Shown here: piece by piece, positions 54,889-64,000 of the stretch
Layout of the letters: every line of letters begins with the position of its first letter
Position numbering within the stretch: the first letter of the stretch is position 1
Position numbers and translations under genes: made by a program
DNA from: Candidatus Bathyarchaeota archaeon
GTDB taxonomy: Archaea > Thermoproteota > Bathyarchaeia > 40CM-2-53-6
Length of the DNA: 64,000 bases
NCBI GenBank assembly: GCA_005888745.1
Contig: VBBS01000026.1
Span: 69,424-133,423 of the forward strand
Reading direction: 5' to 3'
The notes under the pieces: generated by a model
Told to the model about the DNA's origin: nothing
The model's database searches: none
The model's input: only the letters and a program-made list of their open reading frames with translations

Positions 54889-55152
54889 ATGCCCATTGAA
54901 AAAAAGCGGCTTTCCAAGAAAGATGTCCAGAAGTTTGACCCAACCCCTCTCTACCTCTACACGGAGAAGGACTCGCTGAACCGTGTCACGGTTCTGAAAG
55001 AATCGAACAAGGACGCATATCTGATTGCCGGGCGTTACTCGGGCTACGACAATGAACACCGGCTGTACACTTCTCTCACAGAAGAAGAGAGCAAGGAAAT
55101 CGAAAGACTAGTCCGAATCGGCAGAAAGGACGCGACGATCAGTTTCCTATGA
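54889..55152 (+). CDS. Hypothetical protein
   Basis: 87-aa ORF with an ATG start. Confidence 0.35.
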   Translation: MPIEKKRLSKKDVQKFDPTPLYLYTEKDSLNRVTVLKESNKDAYLIAGRYSGYDNEHRLYTSLTEEESKEIERLVRIGRKDATISFL

Positions 55153-55245
55153 GCGTAGGTTAGGCCTTAACGACGTGACGAGGCTCTCGATCGGGATCCT
55201 ACGTGAAAAAAAGGGGGATGGTGATTGTTGCATCTATTTCCTAGA

Positions 55246-55698
55246 CTATTTTCTTGGCCTGACGAAGGCTGCTGCCACTGCTACCAGTACAGCGACAAGT
55301 GTTAGGGCTCCCCCTATGATGAGGGCAACGGCAAGAGTCAACACTTGTTCTGGTGCTCCGAGGTTGGATGCTTCGACGGTCACTAGGAAGTTGCCGATTG
55401 CGTAGAATAGTCCACCTACCAGGAAGCTCTTGAAATGGTCGAAGACGCCTGGGAAACTTTCCGTTAGGGTGTTGTTCTCCGAGAGTGGTGACGCGCCGAG
55501 GAATATTGCGGATACGAACGCGTACCCTGCGATGACGAGCATCGCCCATCCTTGGAGAGCTGTCTGAGCCGTTTTGAGTGCACCGAAAGCGGTAGAGGTT
55601 AGGAAGACGCTGAACGCGAGCAGTACTGCGCCGACTGCCAGACTGTGCCAGTTCTTGAAGGCTGTGGTCATTGCGTGCCTATACGTTTCTGTTGACAT
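55246..55698 (-). CDS. Hypothetical four-TM membrane protein
   Basis: 150 aa with four hydrophobic helices. Confidence 0.45.
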   Translation of the reverse strand: MSTETYRHAMTTAFKNWHSLAVGAVLLAFSVFLTSTAFGALKTAQTALQGWAMLVIAGYAFVSAIFLGASPLSENNTLTESFPGVFDHFKSFLVGGLFYAIGNFLVTVEASNLGAPEQVLTLAVALIIGGALTLVAVLVAVAAAFVRPRK

Positions 55699-55946
55699 TT
55701 TTTCTTCGAAGTTCGGCGCGAACCGAAATCGAGTATGAAAACCCTATTTTGTTCAAGACTTGGACAGTGATTTACGAACTTTTCAGCCAGAAAACACCAA
55801 TTCACGACACATTACTACTTGAAATATTATTTCCACTGAGTTGCGTACAAAAAGTAAATCCCCCTTCGTTATCCCCCTTGTTTCTAGCGATGACGGGGTC
55901 TCTAACCAGGAGACGCTGCTCCTCTCCTCCGGTTGATACGGCTTAA

Positions 55947-56252
55947 ATGGGAATCGTTAACCCGAATCCCTTCGATCGAAAAATGAAAATGTACATAGTG
56001 ATACTCGGCGTAATCCTGCTGATAGCAGGAATAGGCGGGGCCGCTTACTACGGATTCGTACCAAGGACCCGGGTCTACGGTGCCATCGGCGTTGCAGTCG
56101 TTGGAATCGTAGTCGCGGCCTTAGGTGCAATGATGAAGACAACCAGCGCAGGTGCGACCACGAAAGGACAATTCACATGCGCAAAGTGCGGTGCCAAGTT
56201 CGGTTCTGAAGTCGCTTTGAACCAGCATACCAAAGACAAACACGGAATGTAG
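55947..56252 (+). CDS. Membrane protein with a C-terminal C2H2 zinc finger
   Basis: Two TM helices followed by FTCAKCGAKFGSEVALNQHTKDKHG (C-x2-C-x12-H-x4-H). Confidence 0.5.
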   Translation: MGIVNPNPFDRKMKMYIVILGVILLIAGIGGAAYYGFVPRTRVYGAIGVAVVGIVVAALGAMMKTTSAGATTKGQFTCAKCGAKFGSEVALNQHTKDKHGM

Positions 56253-56420
56253 CTCGCTTCAACGCGCTTTCTTGAGAAACACACATACGTCCTAGAACGT
56301 TATCCGTGTCCTGCTGCCTCGAATTGTTCCCAATTTCTCAATGGTCTGGATGTTTCAAGGACTTGTCGAAGTTCGATTAGGGTGCTCAGCGAATAACAGA
56401 TTCGATAGATTCGGCCTATT

Positions 56421-56723
56421 CTAGACCTTGAGCTGGCCTGATCTCCGGAGAGATTCAACTTGGCCTTGAGTGTACCGGAACATAATGTCACCGCGCTCTG
56501 GCTGGAAATCCCACGGAGCGACTAGTACCGTATCGCCCATTTTGATCCAGACACGGCGTTTCATCTTGCCACGAATTCGACAAACTCGGGTGACGCCGTC
56601 AGCGCACTCGACTAGTACCCTGTCGTAGCCAAGGAGGTTCTTGACGGTCCCGTACAGCTGGCCTGGACCAGGTGTGAGCATTTCGCTGAGGTTGGCCTCG
56701 CTGAGGACCTTTCGCTTACCCAT
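56421..56723 (-). CDS. eif1a: Translation initiation factor aIF-1A
   Basis: GQLYGTVKNLLGYDRVLVECADGVTRVCRIRGKMKRRVWIKMGDTVLVAPWDFQ is the S1-like OB fold of aIF1A. Confidence 0.9.
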   Translation of the reverse strand: MGKRKVLSEANLSEMLTPGPGQLYGTVKNLLGYDRVLVECADGVTRVCRIRGKMKRRVWIKMGDTVLVAPWDFQPERGDIMFRYTQGQVESLRRSGQLKV

Positions 56724-56791
56724 ACTATCATCCTGCTAGGTGTGGGAGTAATATTAAAGGCCAAAAGTCAAGAGCGTAATTCCGGGACGAT

Positions 56792-57352
56792 TCAGTTTTT
56801 CCACTTGACTGAACAACCGAAAGGTCTGGTCTCTTGGACGGAAGGTTTGCGGCCTGCAAGGATTGCATCCAAAGCGTCTCTCAGATCTTTAGTCTTCACC
56901 GATTCCGGGTTTCGATTGTCATCGATTCTGCCCTTGTATTGGAGTCTACGTTGTTGGTCAAATGCGAAAACGTGTGGGGTGCAAATTGCGCCGTATTTCT
57001 TGGCGACCTCTTGGGTGTCGTCTCTCAGGTAAGGAAAGTTAAAGCCGCGTTCCTTGGCCCTCTTGATCATGTTTGGATAGCTATCTTCGGGATAACCGCT
57101 TTCGTCGTTGCTGTTTATCGCCACCAGGGTAACTCCTTTCGCTGAATAGTCTTTCTGTATCTGGACCATCCGGTCTTCGTAGGCCTGCACGTAGGGGCAA
57201 TGGTTGCAACTGAAAACAACAACGACAGCTTTCTCGTCAGAGAAGCTGTTCAGGCTGTGAGTCTTGCCATCGACCCCTTTCAATTGAAAATCGACCGCGG
57301 ACGCGCCTAACGGAAGTCCAACTGAGTCAAGGGTTGTGGGAGATGAAGGCAT
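56792..57352 (-). CDS. Thioredoxin-fold redoxin (AhpC/TSA-like, CxxC)
   Basis: AVVVVFSCNHCPYV active site, with overall redoxin length. Confidence 0.65.
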   Translation of the reverse strand: MPSSPTTLDSVGLPLGASAVDFQLKGVDGKTHSLNSFSDEKAVVVVFSCNHCPYVQAYEDRMVQIQKDYSAKGVTLVAINSNDESGYPEDSYPNMIKRAKERGFNFPYLRDDTQEVAKKYGAICTPHVFAFDQQRRLQYKGRIDDNRNPESVKTKDLRDALDAILAGRKPSVQETRPFGCSVKWKN

Positions 57353-57420
57353 GGCAGAACTGGGATGAGCAAGGCCTTAGAAACCTTTCCAGGCTTTTGA
57401 CCTCCCAGGGAGAGGTCGGA

Positions 57421-58131
57421 ATGAAGGCAAGAGCGATGGTAGGAGTCTCAGGGTTCAGTTATGCTGGATGGAAAGGAAACTTCTACCCGGACAATCTGAA
57501 GAGTGAGGAGTTCCTGTCATACTATTCTCAACGACTCAACAGCGTCGAGATCAACAGTTCTTTCTACGCCGCTCCCAGTTCCGCGATGGTAAAGTCATGG
57601 GCTAGCCGAACTGGAGATAATTTCAGGTTCTCGTTCAAAGCCCCGAGACAGATTACTCACATATTGAAGCTTGGGAAGGGATCGGTTGAAGTTGCAGAGA
57701 GACTTGGAGTGACCTTGACACTTCTTGGAGAGAAGAAAGGTCCAGTTCTATTTCAGCTTCCACCCTACTCGAAACAAGACTTGAACCTCCTAGAAGACTT
57801 CCTCACGAAGACTTCCAAGATTGGACAGAGAGTGTTCGAGTTCAGACACGAGTCCTGGCTGAACGATCCCACCTATACTATTCTGGAGAAACACGACGCG
57901 GACTTCTGCATCGCCGAAACAGAGGATATGAAACCAGTCTTCAAAGTAACGGGGAAGACGCCATATTTCAGACTGCGAAGAGAATCGTATGATGCGAAAA
58001 TGATTGATGACTGGATCGGAAAGATCAGAGAAACGAGTAAGGGAGGCGAGTCAGTCTACGTCTACCTGCGCCACGATGAGAACGGAGACAACGCTTCTAG
58101 GGCATTGAACATTCTAGAATCATTGGCTTGA
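57421..58131 (+). CDS. DUF72 (UPF0759) family protein, copy 2
   Basis: VGVSGFSYAGWKGNFYP and NSVEINSSFY. Start taken at ATG 57421. Confidence 0.75.
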   Translation: MKARAMVGVSGFSYAGWKGNFYPDNLKSEEFLSYYSQRLNSVEINSSFYAAPSSAMVKSWASRTGDNFRFSFKAPRQITHILKLGKGSVEVAERLGVTLTLLGEKKGPVLFQLPPYSKQDLNLLEDFLTKTSKIGQRVFEFRHESWLNDPTYTILEKHDADFCIAETEDMKPVFKVTGKTPYFRLRRESYDAKMIDDWIGKIRETSKGGESVYVYLRHDENGDNASRALNILESLA

Positions 58132-58169
58132 GAAAGGCCAGTTCAGTTCCGCCGTCCTGGACGGTTGTC

Positions 58170-58646
58170 CTAGGTTGTTTTTGCCGCTGCTTTCTTTAGC
58201 TCTTCATAGTTCGGTTCCTTGGTCGGATCATCGCTGACCCATTTGTAGACAACGACTCCATTGTGGTCTAGTATGAACACTGCTCTTTTTGCGACCGTGT
58301 ATCCCTTGAGGTTGCCGAAGTTTTCGTGGAATACGTTGTAGAGTTTCACAACCTCTCGGTTGTAGTCACTGAGAATTGGGAAATTGAGATCGTTGTTCTG
58401 CGCGAATGCTTTGTTCGTGAATGGATCATTGACGCTTATTCCTACGACCTGGGCGTTGACCTTGTTCAGCTCCCGCATGTTGTCACGTAAGGTGCACATC
58501 TCACGAGTACATACGGTGGTGAAGGCCCCCGGAAAGAAGGCGAGAAGTGTTGCCCCGTTGGGTCCGAGAAACTCGTTGAGGCTGCGAGGTTTTCGATCAG
58601 TGTCTGAGAGGGTGAAGTTCGGAGCCTTTTCGCCCTGGTTGACCAT
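58170..58646 (-). CDS. Peroxiredoxin (Bcp/PrxQ-like)
   Basis: APNFTL...LLAFFPGAFTTVCTREMC carries the peroxidatic Cys motif. Confidence 0.8.
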   Translation of the reverse strand: MVNQGEKAPNFTLSDTDRKPRSLNEFLGPNGATLLAFFPGAFTTVCTREMCTLRDNMRELNKVNAQVVGISVNDPFTNKAFAQNNDLNFPILSDYNREVVKLYNVFHENFGNLKGYTVAKRAVFILDHNGVVVYKWVSDDPTKEPNYEELKKAAAKTT

Positions 58647-58785
58647 TGACCCTCGAGCTGGGCGTTGTCTGACAGATGTTTCTAAACCTTACAGCTATGA
58701 TCAGAAATCAAGTCTTGAAAGAGGAAGGGCGTCTGGTGAGGTCTAAAAAGAAAGTTGGGGAGCCTAGGATTGTTCTCCAGGCCTA

Positions 58786-59280
58786 CTAATCGTCGTTGTC
58801 TTGGTCGTCGGATCCTTCGTTATCCTTGTCGTCCGCGCAGGCATTAGGGTCGCTGGTGTCGTGTCCATTGGAGTTGCCGTGAGTATTGGCAGTGTCGTTG
58901 TCAGTCTTTGTGGAGTGAGTTGCGTCATGCTGGGGGTTGTGTTTGGCCATAGCCGCCATGAACCCGTGTGCTTTGCCTACAAGTGACGTATCTGGCTTGT
59001 CTTGATTGTCGTGTCCTTTTGCAAGGTGCTTGCCTTGGTTAGTATGGCTACTGTCGCTGTTGCTACTTGGGTCAGAACTGCACGTTGGCGGTGTTGTGTC
59101 GGTCGAAGGAGGAGTGCAGTTCGTAGTGCAGGTTGAGCTTGTCGGTGTCGTGCCACCATTGCCTCCATTGCTTGAGGCCTGTAGTGCTGGACCGTGTAGG
59201 AGGAAGGGCACGAGGAAGGCGCCAATTCCAGCGATGATCAGGGCGATAGCGCCCACTTTGCGTTTGGTCGATGAATCCAT
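58786..59280 (-). CDS. Secreted/anchored low-complexity Thr/Ser/His/Asp-rich protein
   Basis: N-terminal TM/signal segment, a T/S/P-rich region, then His- and Asp-rich segments (HTNQGKHLAKGHDNQD, HGNSNGHDTSD, DDKDNEGSDDQDNDD). Confidence 0.5.
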   Translation of the reverse strand: MDSSTKRKVGAIALIIAGIGAFLVPFLLHGPALQASSNGGNGGTTPTSSTCTTNCTPPSTDTTPPTCSSDPSSNSDSSHTNQGKHLAKGHDNQDKPDTSLVGKAHGFMAAMAKHNPQHDATHSTKTDNDTANTHGNSNGHDTSDPNACADDKDNEGSDDQDNDD

Positions 59281-59432
59281 TCTTTGTTTTTCCTATCTCC
59301 CTTTTCTTGGAGTTGGGCGCGAGGTGAGAGAGCTGGGTATATGATACAACGATTTGAACAGCCAGAAAGATGTCAAACCCCGACTATTTCCCAGAACTAT
59401 TCTTGAGCCGTTTGATAGGGTGAGAATTCGAG

Positions 59433-60716
59433 CTATAACACTCGGAGAAACAGGTATAGGATGAGAAGGTTGGGAATTGTCACGAGGAGTCCGATCTTTG
59501 AGAACTCCACGAACCCGAAGCCAGATCCTCGGCTCTCAGCCTGTTCCAGAACTATGACATTACTGGCCGCACCCAGGAGGCTTATTCCCCCAGAGAGTGT
59601 GCTGGCACCGGCTAGCGCCATCCAAGGCTTGACATCTGCTCCGGTGAAGCCTGCTGCCTGCATCGCTTTGATGTAGACCGCGACAAATGGGACATTGCTG
59701 AGGAGCTGGCTGAAGAATGCGCTAGCCAAAATTATCGTTACGATCGAGAGCCCGGGATCAGACTTGTTTAGAACGGGCAGGTAGGTCATTAGGCTCTGGA
59801 GAGCGTTTGACTCCCAGAATGCTTGCATGACGATGAAGAGGGAGATGAAGAAGAGGATGATCCCCCAGTCAACGGATCTGAGAATTTCTTTACGTCTTCC
59901 GCTCCCGAGGAATACGATTGTTGCGCCTAGGAGAGAGACCGTTCCAAGGTTGAAGTTTCCTTGGACTCCGAAAATTTCAGCGATTCCGACGAGAAAGAAA
60001 CCGAGCACAACTATTCCGGCGGTCCAGCCTGAGAGCTTTGCTAGCTTTCGATCTCTGATTGCTTCTCGAGGATTGACTTGGAGTTGTGCGAGTGTCGAGT
60101 TTGCGAATTCCTTCCTATAGTACCATTTGAGAATCAGGTATGTCACTCCAAGCCCGACGAGTGTTGGAGGAGCAAGGTAGTACAGGAAATCTAGCATTGG
60201 ATATGGAATTCCTGTTGATAGTGCGACTAGAAGGTTCTGCGGGTTACCGATGGCCGTCATCGTGCTGCCAATTGTCACGCCTAGGGCGAGAGTGATGAGA
60301 AAGACTCCGGGTCTGACCCTGAGCTGTCTGGCGACACTCAACATGATTGGTGTGGCCATCAACGCCAAAGTGTCGTTCACTAGGAACGCGGACATCGTGC
60401 TTATTCCGACGAGAATTAGTCCGAAGGCTTTCTGAGGCGACTTTGCAACGCGCAGCAGTCTCAATGTAAGGTACTCTAGGAGACCCGAGAGATCCATCGC
60501 TGCAACTACGGAAAACATTCCGAGCAGGAAGAAGATCACGTTGAGATTGATTGATGCGTACGCGTCCCCTAACGGGATAGCCCCTGAGAAGATCATTGCG
60601 ACGGCTCCTGCCATCATGATGGTCCAGATCGGGATACGAAACCATCGAAGGTTTCGAAGAACTATCAGAACGTAGACTGCGATGAAAATGGTTACTGGAA
60701 GGTAGAATAGGGTCAA
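59433..60716 (-). CDS. ArsB/NhaD/CitMHS-superfamily ion transporter permease
   Basis: 427 aa, about 10-12 TM segments, with an internal two-fold repeat architecture typical of the family. Confidence 0.6.
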   Translation of the reverse strand: MTLFYLPVTIFIAVYVLIVLRNLRWFRIPIWTIMMAGAVAMIFSGAIPLGDAYASINLNVIFFLLGMFSVVAAMDLSGLLEYLTLRLLRVAKSPQKAFGLILVGISTMSAFLVNDTLALMATPIMLSVARQLRVRPGVFLITLALGVTIGSTMTAIGNPQNLLVALSTGIPYPMLDFLYYLAPPTLVGLGVTYLILKWYYRKEFANSTLAQLQVNPREAIRDRKLAKLSGWTAGIVVLGFFLVGIAEIFGVQGNFNLGTVSLLGATIVFLGSGRRKEILRSVDWGIILFFISLFIVMQAFWESNALQSLMTYLPVLNKSDPGLSIVTIILASAFFSQLLSNVPFVAVYIKAMQAAGFTGADVKPWMALAGASTLSGGISLLGAASNVIVLEQAESRGSGFGFVEFSKIGLLVTIPNLLILYLFLRVL

Positions 60717-60864
60717 CTCGCTCAGAGACCCGGAACAATTCTTTTCAGACTAAAGAGCTTCGAGGAATGACGAATTTCTGATCAAATCTTGGCTCTCCGT
60801 TCAGAAAACATGATGTGGGACCAGGGATTCTTGCAGGCCAGGTTCCATTCTGCGTATCCGTGCT

Positions 60865-61272
60865 CTAAAGTTCTTCGAGCATCTTCTGGGACCAGAGGAG
60901 TGAAGCCTCAGGTTTCTTGGGAGAATCCTTGTCTTTTTTCACCTTGGGCTTGATAGGAGGCTTCTCTGGCCTGGTCGCCTCTGGAATCAAGCCTTTGTTG
61001 GGCAGAACGGGTTTGGGACCTACGGGGTCCTGACCTTGCCCTATGACAGCGCCTTCCTGATCGCGAAGAATCCCGGTCTCATAGAATGCCTTGTAGTGTC
61101 CTTTGTAGTCGTAGACGAATCCGTCTTCGTCCACCCAGGCAATTGTGTGGCCATCGAAGTCGACAATTCTGCGGTCTTTGAGTAGTCTGTATCTTGCGGT
61201 TCCGTTCTCGTCCCATATTACATCGATCTCTTCTTCTTCAGCTTCCGGTCCAAGTTCCAAAGTCGTCTCCAC
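60865..61272 (-). CDS. Hypothetical protein with a basic/Pro-rich tail
   Basis: 135-aa ORF with an ATG start. Confidence 0.4.
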   Translation of the reverse strand: METTLELGPEAEEEEIDVIWDENGTARYRLLKDRRIVDFDGHTIAWVDEDGFVYDYKGHYKAFYETGILRDQEGAVIGQGQDPVGPKPVLPNKGLIPEATRPEKPPIKPKVKKDKDSPKKPEASLLWSQKMLEEL

Positions 61273-61609
61273 ACCCCATTATCTCTCAAGCTAAGAAGGT
61301 TACCGATGATGACCCTGTTAACCCTTCACCGGATCGCAGGTTGTTGAGACTCATCTCTGATGATACTGGCTCTGATTGTCATAGTTATGTTCGCCATCCT
61401 CTCGCCTATTTGGCGAGAAATCCCATTCCCATGATGGGGCGTGGCTAGTGCTGGCGGTGAAGACAGTCAGGCAGAAGCTAAGCTAACAACCCACAACTAC
61501 GACAATGCATCCGATGAAGACTTAACAGAACCATAGCAAAGTAGGGAATTAGGGTCTAATGAGACTTTGAACTCCTCGTTCAAATAGCCGGGGGACGACA
61601 TAGAGCGCA

Positions 61610-61807
61610 ATGGCAGTCCAAAGAGACAGGCACATCTGTCCTGTCTGCGGGCAAATCGGGCCCTGCATCTATGGTGGTTGGGACGAGGGAGATGACTATA
61701 GAGTTCACAACTGTCACGTCTGCGGCTCAACATGGAAGGAACCGAAAACGGTTATGGATCACCCTGCCAAGTCGACACTGGAACAGCAAGCTCGGCAGAT
61801 TGCCTGA
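61610..61807 (+). CDS. Small zinc-ribbon protein, paralog of 49616..49774
   Basis: ICPVCGQIGPCIYGGWDEGDDYRVHNCHVCGSTWKEPK. Confidence 0.5.
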   Translation: MAVQRDRHICPVCGQIGPCIYGGWDEGDDYRVHNCHVCGSTWKEPKTVMDHPAKSTLEQQARQIA

Positions 61808-62040
61808 GTAAAACTCTGACTGGTTCAAACCCGGATCCAACGTAGATATACCAGTCCCAGACGGGGAGCTACTCCGAACAACGTTGCCCCGTCAGTCTCG
61901 AACCTTTCGTATCAGGACTAGACAGAAGAAGACGAATAGGTCTAGAAAGCGCACTGGTTCGAGTCGAAAAATAAGCAACCCTTTCACGAGCAAACACTAG
62001 CTAGGGAAATTGGTCCTCTCGCAAGACCATTAAGATTGTA

Positions 62041-63468
62041 TTAGCCAGCCATCTTGCCTAAATTGTCTAGCATCGTAACGAAGGATTTCTCCATCGACGC
62101 CAATCCACCAGTCGGCCCATTCTCGTCTATGACGAGATACTCGTTCGGCGAGTGTGCAAGGGCGCCGTGGCCGAGTCCCCCAATCACTACCGGAAGGTTG
62201 AGGGGTTTCCGGTTGAACATTGCGAATGGTGCACTTCCTGCTATCGTAGGCCACAATTCTGGATCCTTTCCCAGCTCCTTGTAGGACTTGATTACGGCTT
62301 GCGCGGGCGGGCTCTGATAGCTTGTCCGTGACGCTCCATACCCTGCTTCTAGTACCCGTATTTGGACTTCCTTGAAACCGTAAGCGTCTAGATGGTTTCT
62401 GATCATCGGTATCACGTCGTCCTTCCTCATGTTCGGAACGAGGCGAACGTCCATCTTGACGGTAATCTTGTGTGGAAGCAGAGTCTTTGTCTCCGGTCCC
62501 GTGTAACCGCTCGCTATCCCGTTGATGTTGAGGGTTGGCTCAAACAGATACTTCTTCAACGCTTCGATACCGTGGCTGTCGCCGATGAACCTGTCGACCT
62601 TCATCTCCTCTCTCAAGGCGGCATCGTTGAATGTCTTCTCCAGCTTCGGGAGAAGCTCGCGATCTTCCTTGTTGGGAACCTGAGCGTGACGGTAGAAATC
62701 CTGGATCGTTACCTTGTTGCCGTCAGGACCCGTCATCGTGGATAGCGCCTGAATCATCCTCCAAACCGGGCTGTCAACCCAGGCCTTGTTGCTTCCATGA
62801 ATCCCAAACTCCTTGGGACCTTTTCCCCAGGTCGCCCCGTCGAGTTCGAGTTCGAAGAATACGATCCCCTTGACGCCGAGATACATTACTACCTTTCCGG
62901 TTCGGTCCTGTGAGCAGAAGGGAAAGAATACGGCCTTGGCTCCCTGCAATTCTTTCTCGTGCTTTGAGATGAACTCGGGAAGATGGCGGCTTCCTAGTTC
63001 TTCCTCTCCCTCAACGACGAACAGCAGGTTGACTGGTATTTTTTGGCGGGTGGCTGTGATCGATTCGCAGGCATTCAGGAACCCTCGCAGCTCTCCCTTT
63101 GTGTTAAACGCGCCCCTCGCGACAAGGCATCGACCGAAGGGAGGAACATCGGTCAAGGTTCCTGCTAGCGGATCTACGCGCCAACCTGGCTCGTCGACGG
63201 GCATGGTATCGTACATCATGTAGACAACGATTTTCTTGTCGGCTCCGACGTCATAATTACCATAGATTACTGGATTTCCGCTCGTCTCTTCCAGGCTTGC
63301 TTTGGCACCGAGGCTCGTCAGATAGCTGAGGACGAGGTTCGCGCACTCTCTCACTCCCTTGTTCTCGGGGGATATGGAGGGTTGGCGGACTAGCTCCTGA
63401 AGCTTGGCTATGTGTTGTGGGAGGTTCTTGTCGATGTGGGCGAAGACCCTTCCACGATCAAGCGGCAT
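62041..63468 (-). CDS. M20-family metallopeptidase (dipeptidase/ArgE/DapE-like)
   Basis: Length and metal-ligand regions (MYDTMPVD, VVEGEEELGS, GLGHGALAHSPNEY). Confidence 0.75.
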   Translation of the reverse strand: MPLDRGRVFAHIDKNLPQHIAKLQELVRQPSISPENKGVRECANLVLSYLTSLGAKASLEETSGNPVIYGNYDVGADKKIVVYMMYDTMPVDEPGWRVDPLAGTLTDVPPFGRCLVARGAFNTKGELRGFLNACESITATRQKIPVNLLFVVEGEEELGSRHLPEFISKHEKELQGAKAVFFPFCSQDRTGKVVMYLGVKGIVFFELELDGATWGKGPKEFGIHGSNKAWVDSPVWRMIQALSTMTGPDGNKVTIQDFYRHAQVPNKEDRELLPKLEKTFNDAALREEMKVDRFIGDSHGIEALKKYLFEPTLNINGIASGYTGPETKTLLPHKITVKMDVRLVPNMRKDDVIPMIRNHLDAYGFKEVQIRVLEAGYGASRTSYQSPPAQAVIKSYKELGKDPELWPTIAGSAPFAMFNRKPLNLPVVIGGLGHGALAHSPNEYLVIDENGPTGGLASMEKSFVTMLDNLGKMAG

Positions 63469-63522
63469 GGTGCCGCCTGAAAGAATGGTCGGGTATAAGC
63501 GTTGAGAGAAGCTCCATGTTTA

Positions 63523-63837
63523 CTATACTGTGGAGGAAGCGAACTGGTAGGATTGTTGTAGGATTCTCATTATCCGGCGGAGATCTGGTCTAGGTCCTAG
63601 TTTGAGGATGACCCATCCTTCGCGATCGTGAACCTCTGGAGAACGAGAAACCGTGCCTTGGCTGATCATGACCTCCTTGAGGTCGGGTGGTAAACGTAGC
63701 TCTATACGGTCTGGGCTATGGATGTGCGCGAAGGATTTGCCGCTGACATGCAATTCAATCTCCTCATCTCCATGGTCTTTCATCTCGACGCCTGGGACGA
63801 GAAGCATCTCGCCCGCGATCATGTCCAGAAGGCTCAT
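63523..63837 (-). CDS. Hypothetical protein
   Basis: 104-aa ORF with an ATG start. Confidence 0.4.
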   Translation of the reverse strand: MSLLDMIAGEMLLVPGVEMKDHGDEEIELHVSGKSFAHIHSPDRIELRLPPDLKEVMISQGTVSRSPEVHDREGWVILKLGPRPDLRRIMRILQQSYQFASSTV

Positions 63838-64000
63838 AGCCAGTATCCCGATGGGCCACGACGCGACTTATTTCTTTTGAGCCGGTGATCGGCCTAACGT
63901 GTAGAGCTGGGACCATCGTGTCTTCATGTCGGATTCATGTACCGTCTCAGTCGAGGCCAGCCTGTCTTGGCGTACCTCAGCCGGTCAGGGTTATTCTTGA

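Noticed and set aside
61306-61376. A C/D-box-like arrangement: AUGAUGA ... CUGAUGAUA ... CUGA.
   Set aside because: The box spacing is far from the archaeal C-12-D'/C'-12-D architecture (about 28 nt between the putative D' and C', and 8 nt between C' and D).
1-64000. CRISPR arrays, rRNA genes, known defence systems, toxin-antitoxin pairs or secondary-metabolite clusters.
   Set aside because: No regularly spaced repeats, no rRNA-like sequence, and none of the characteristic domain combinations were seen on either strand.

Overview
This is an archaeal chromosomal segment. It carries aEF-1A, aIF-1A, RpoD and RpoN, archaeal AdkA, Cbf5, the PolD large subunit, eL14 and eL34, and DGGGP-type lipid genes. 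PolD together with intron-rich tRNAs, an mRNA intron in cbf5 and a type-1 IDI suggests a non-crenarchaeal TACK lineage (Thaumarchaeota- or Bathyarchaeota-like). That placement is inference only.

Content by region:
- 1-12.2 kb, minus strand: one long, translationally coupled block with S13, S4, RpoD, L13, S9, RpoN, S2, a MEMO-like gene, mevalonate kinase, IDI and HMG-CoA reductase. gdhA and a UbiA prenyltransferase lie alongside.
- 12.5-21.5 kb, plus strand: speH, L14e, cbf5, then L15, secY, adk, DUF106, L34e and cmk. A tRNA-Ser / integrase-remnant / tRNA-Leu islet splits this run.
- 21.5-64 kb: housekeeping and accessory metabolism (threonine dehydratase and RidA, DinB, PolD DP2, amidase, Prs and a ribokinase-like kinase, PanD, peroxiredoxins, peptidases), several secreted or membrane proteins, and ORFans.

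I saw no rRNA, CRISPR array or recognisable defence system.

Most notable observations:
1. A 23-nt bulge-helix-bulge intron splits the catalytic Asp codon of cbf5.
2. tRNA-Ser has two introns and tRNA-Leu has a D-arm intron. All obey the same splice geometry as the cbf5 intron.
3. A truncated tyrosine integrase sits next to tRNA-Leu, and two degraded TnpB (IS200/IS605) relics lie at breaks in conserved ribosomal-gene synteny. rps11 and rpl18e are missing from their expected places.
4. Four conserved genes (rps9, secY, a VIT-like gene, a DUF385-like gene) have conserved N-terminal coding sequence upstream of any ATG/GTG/TTG. This points to CTG or other near-cognate starts.
5. secY has an apparent +1 frameshift.
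6. The mevalonate block contains bacterial-type enzymes (class II HMGR, type-1 IDI), and there is a bacterial-type pyruvoyl PanD.

All functional calls come from reading motifs in the supplied translations. No database search was run.
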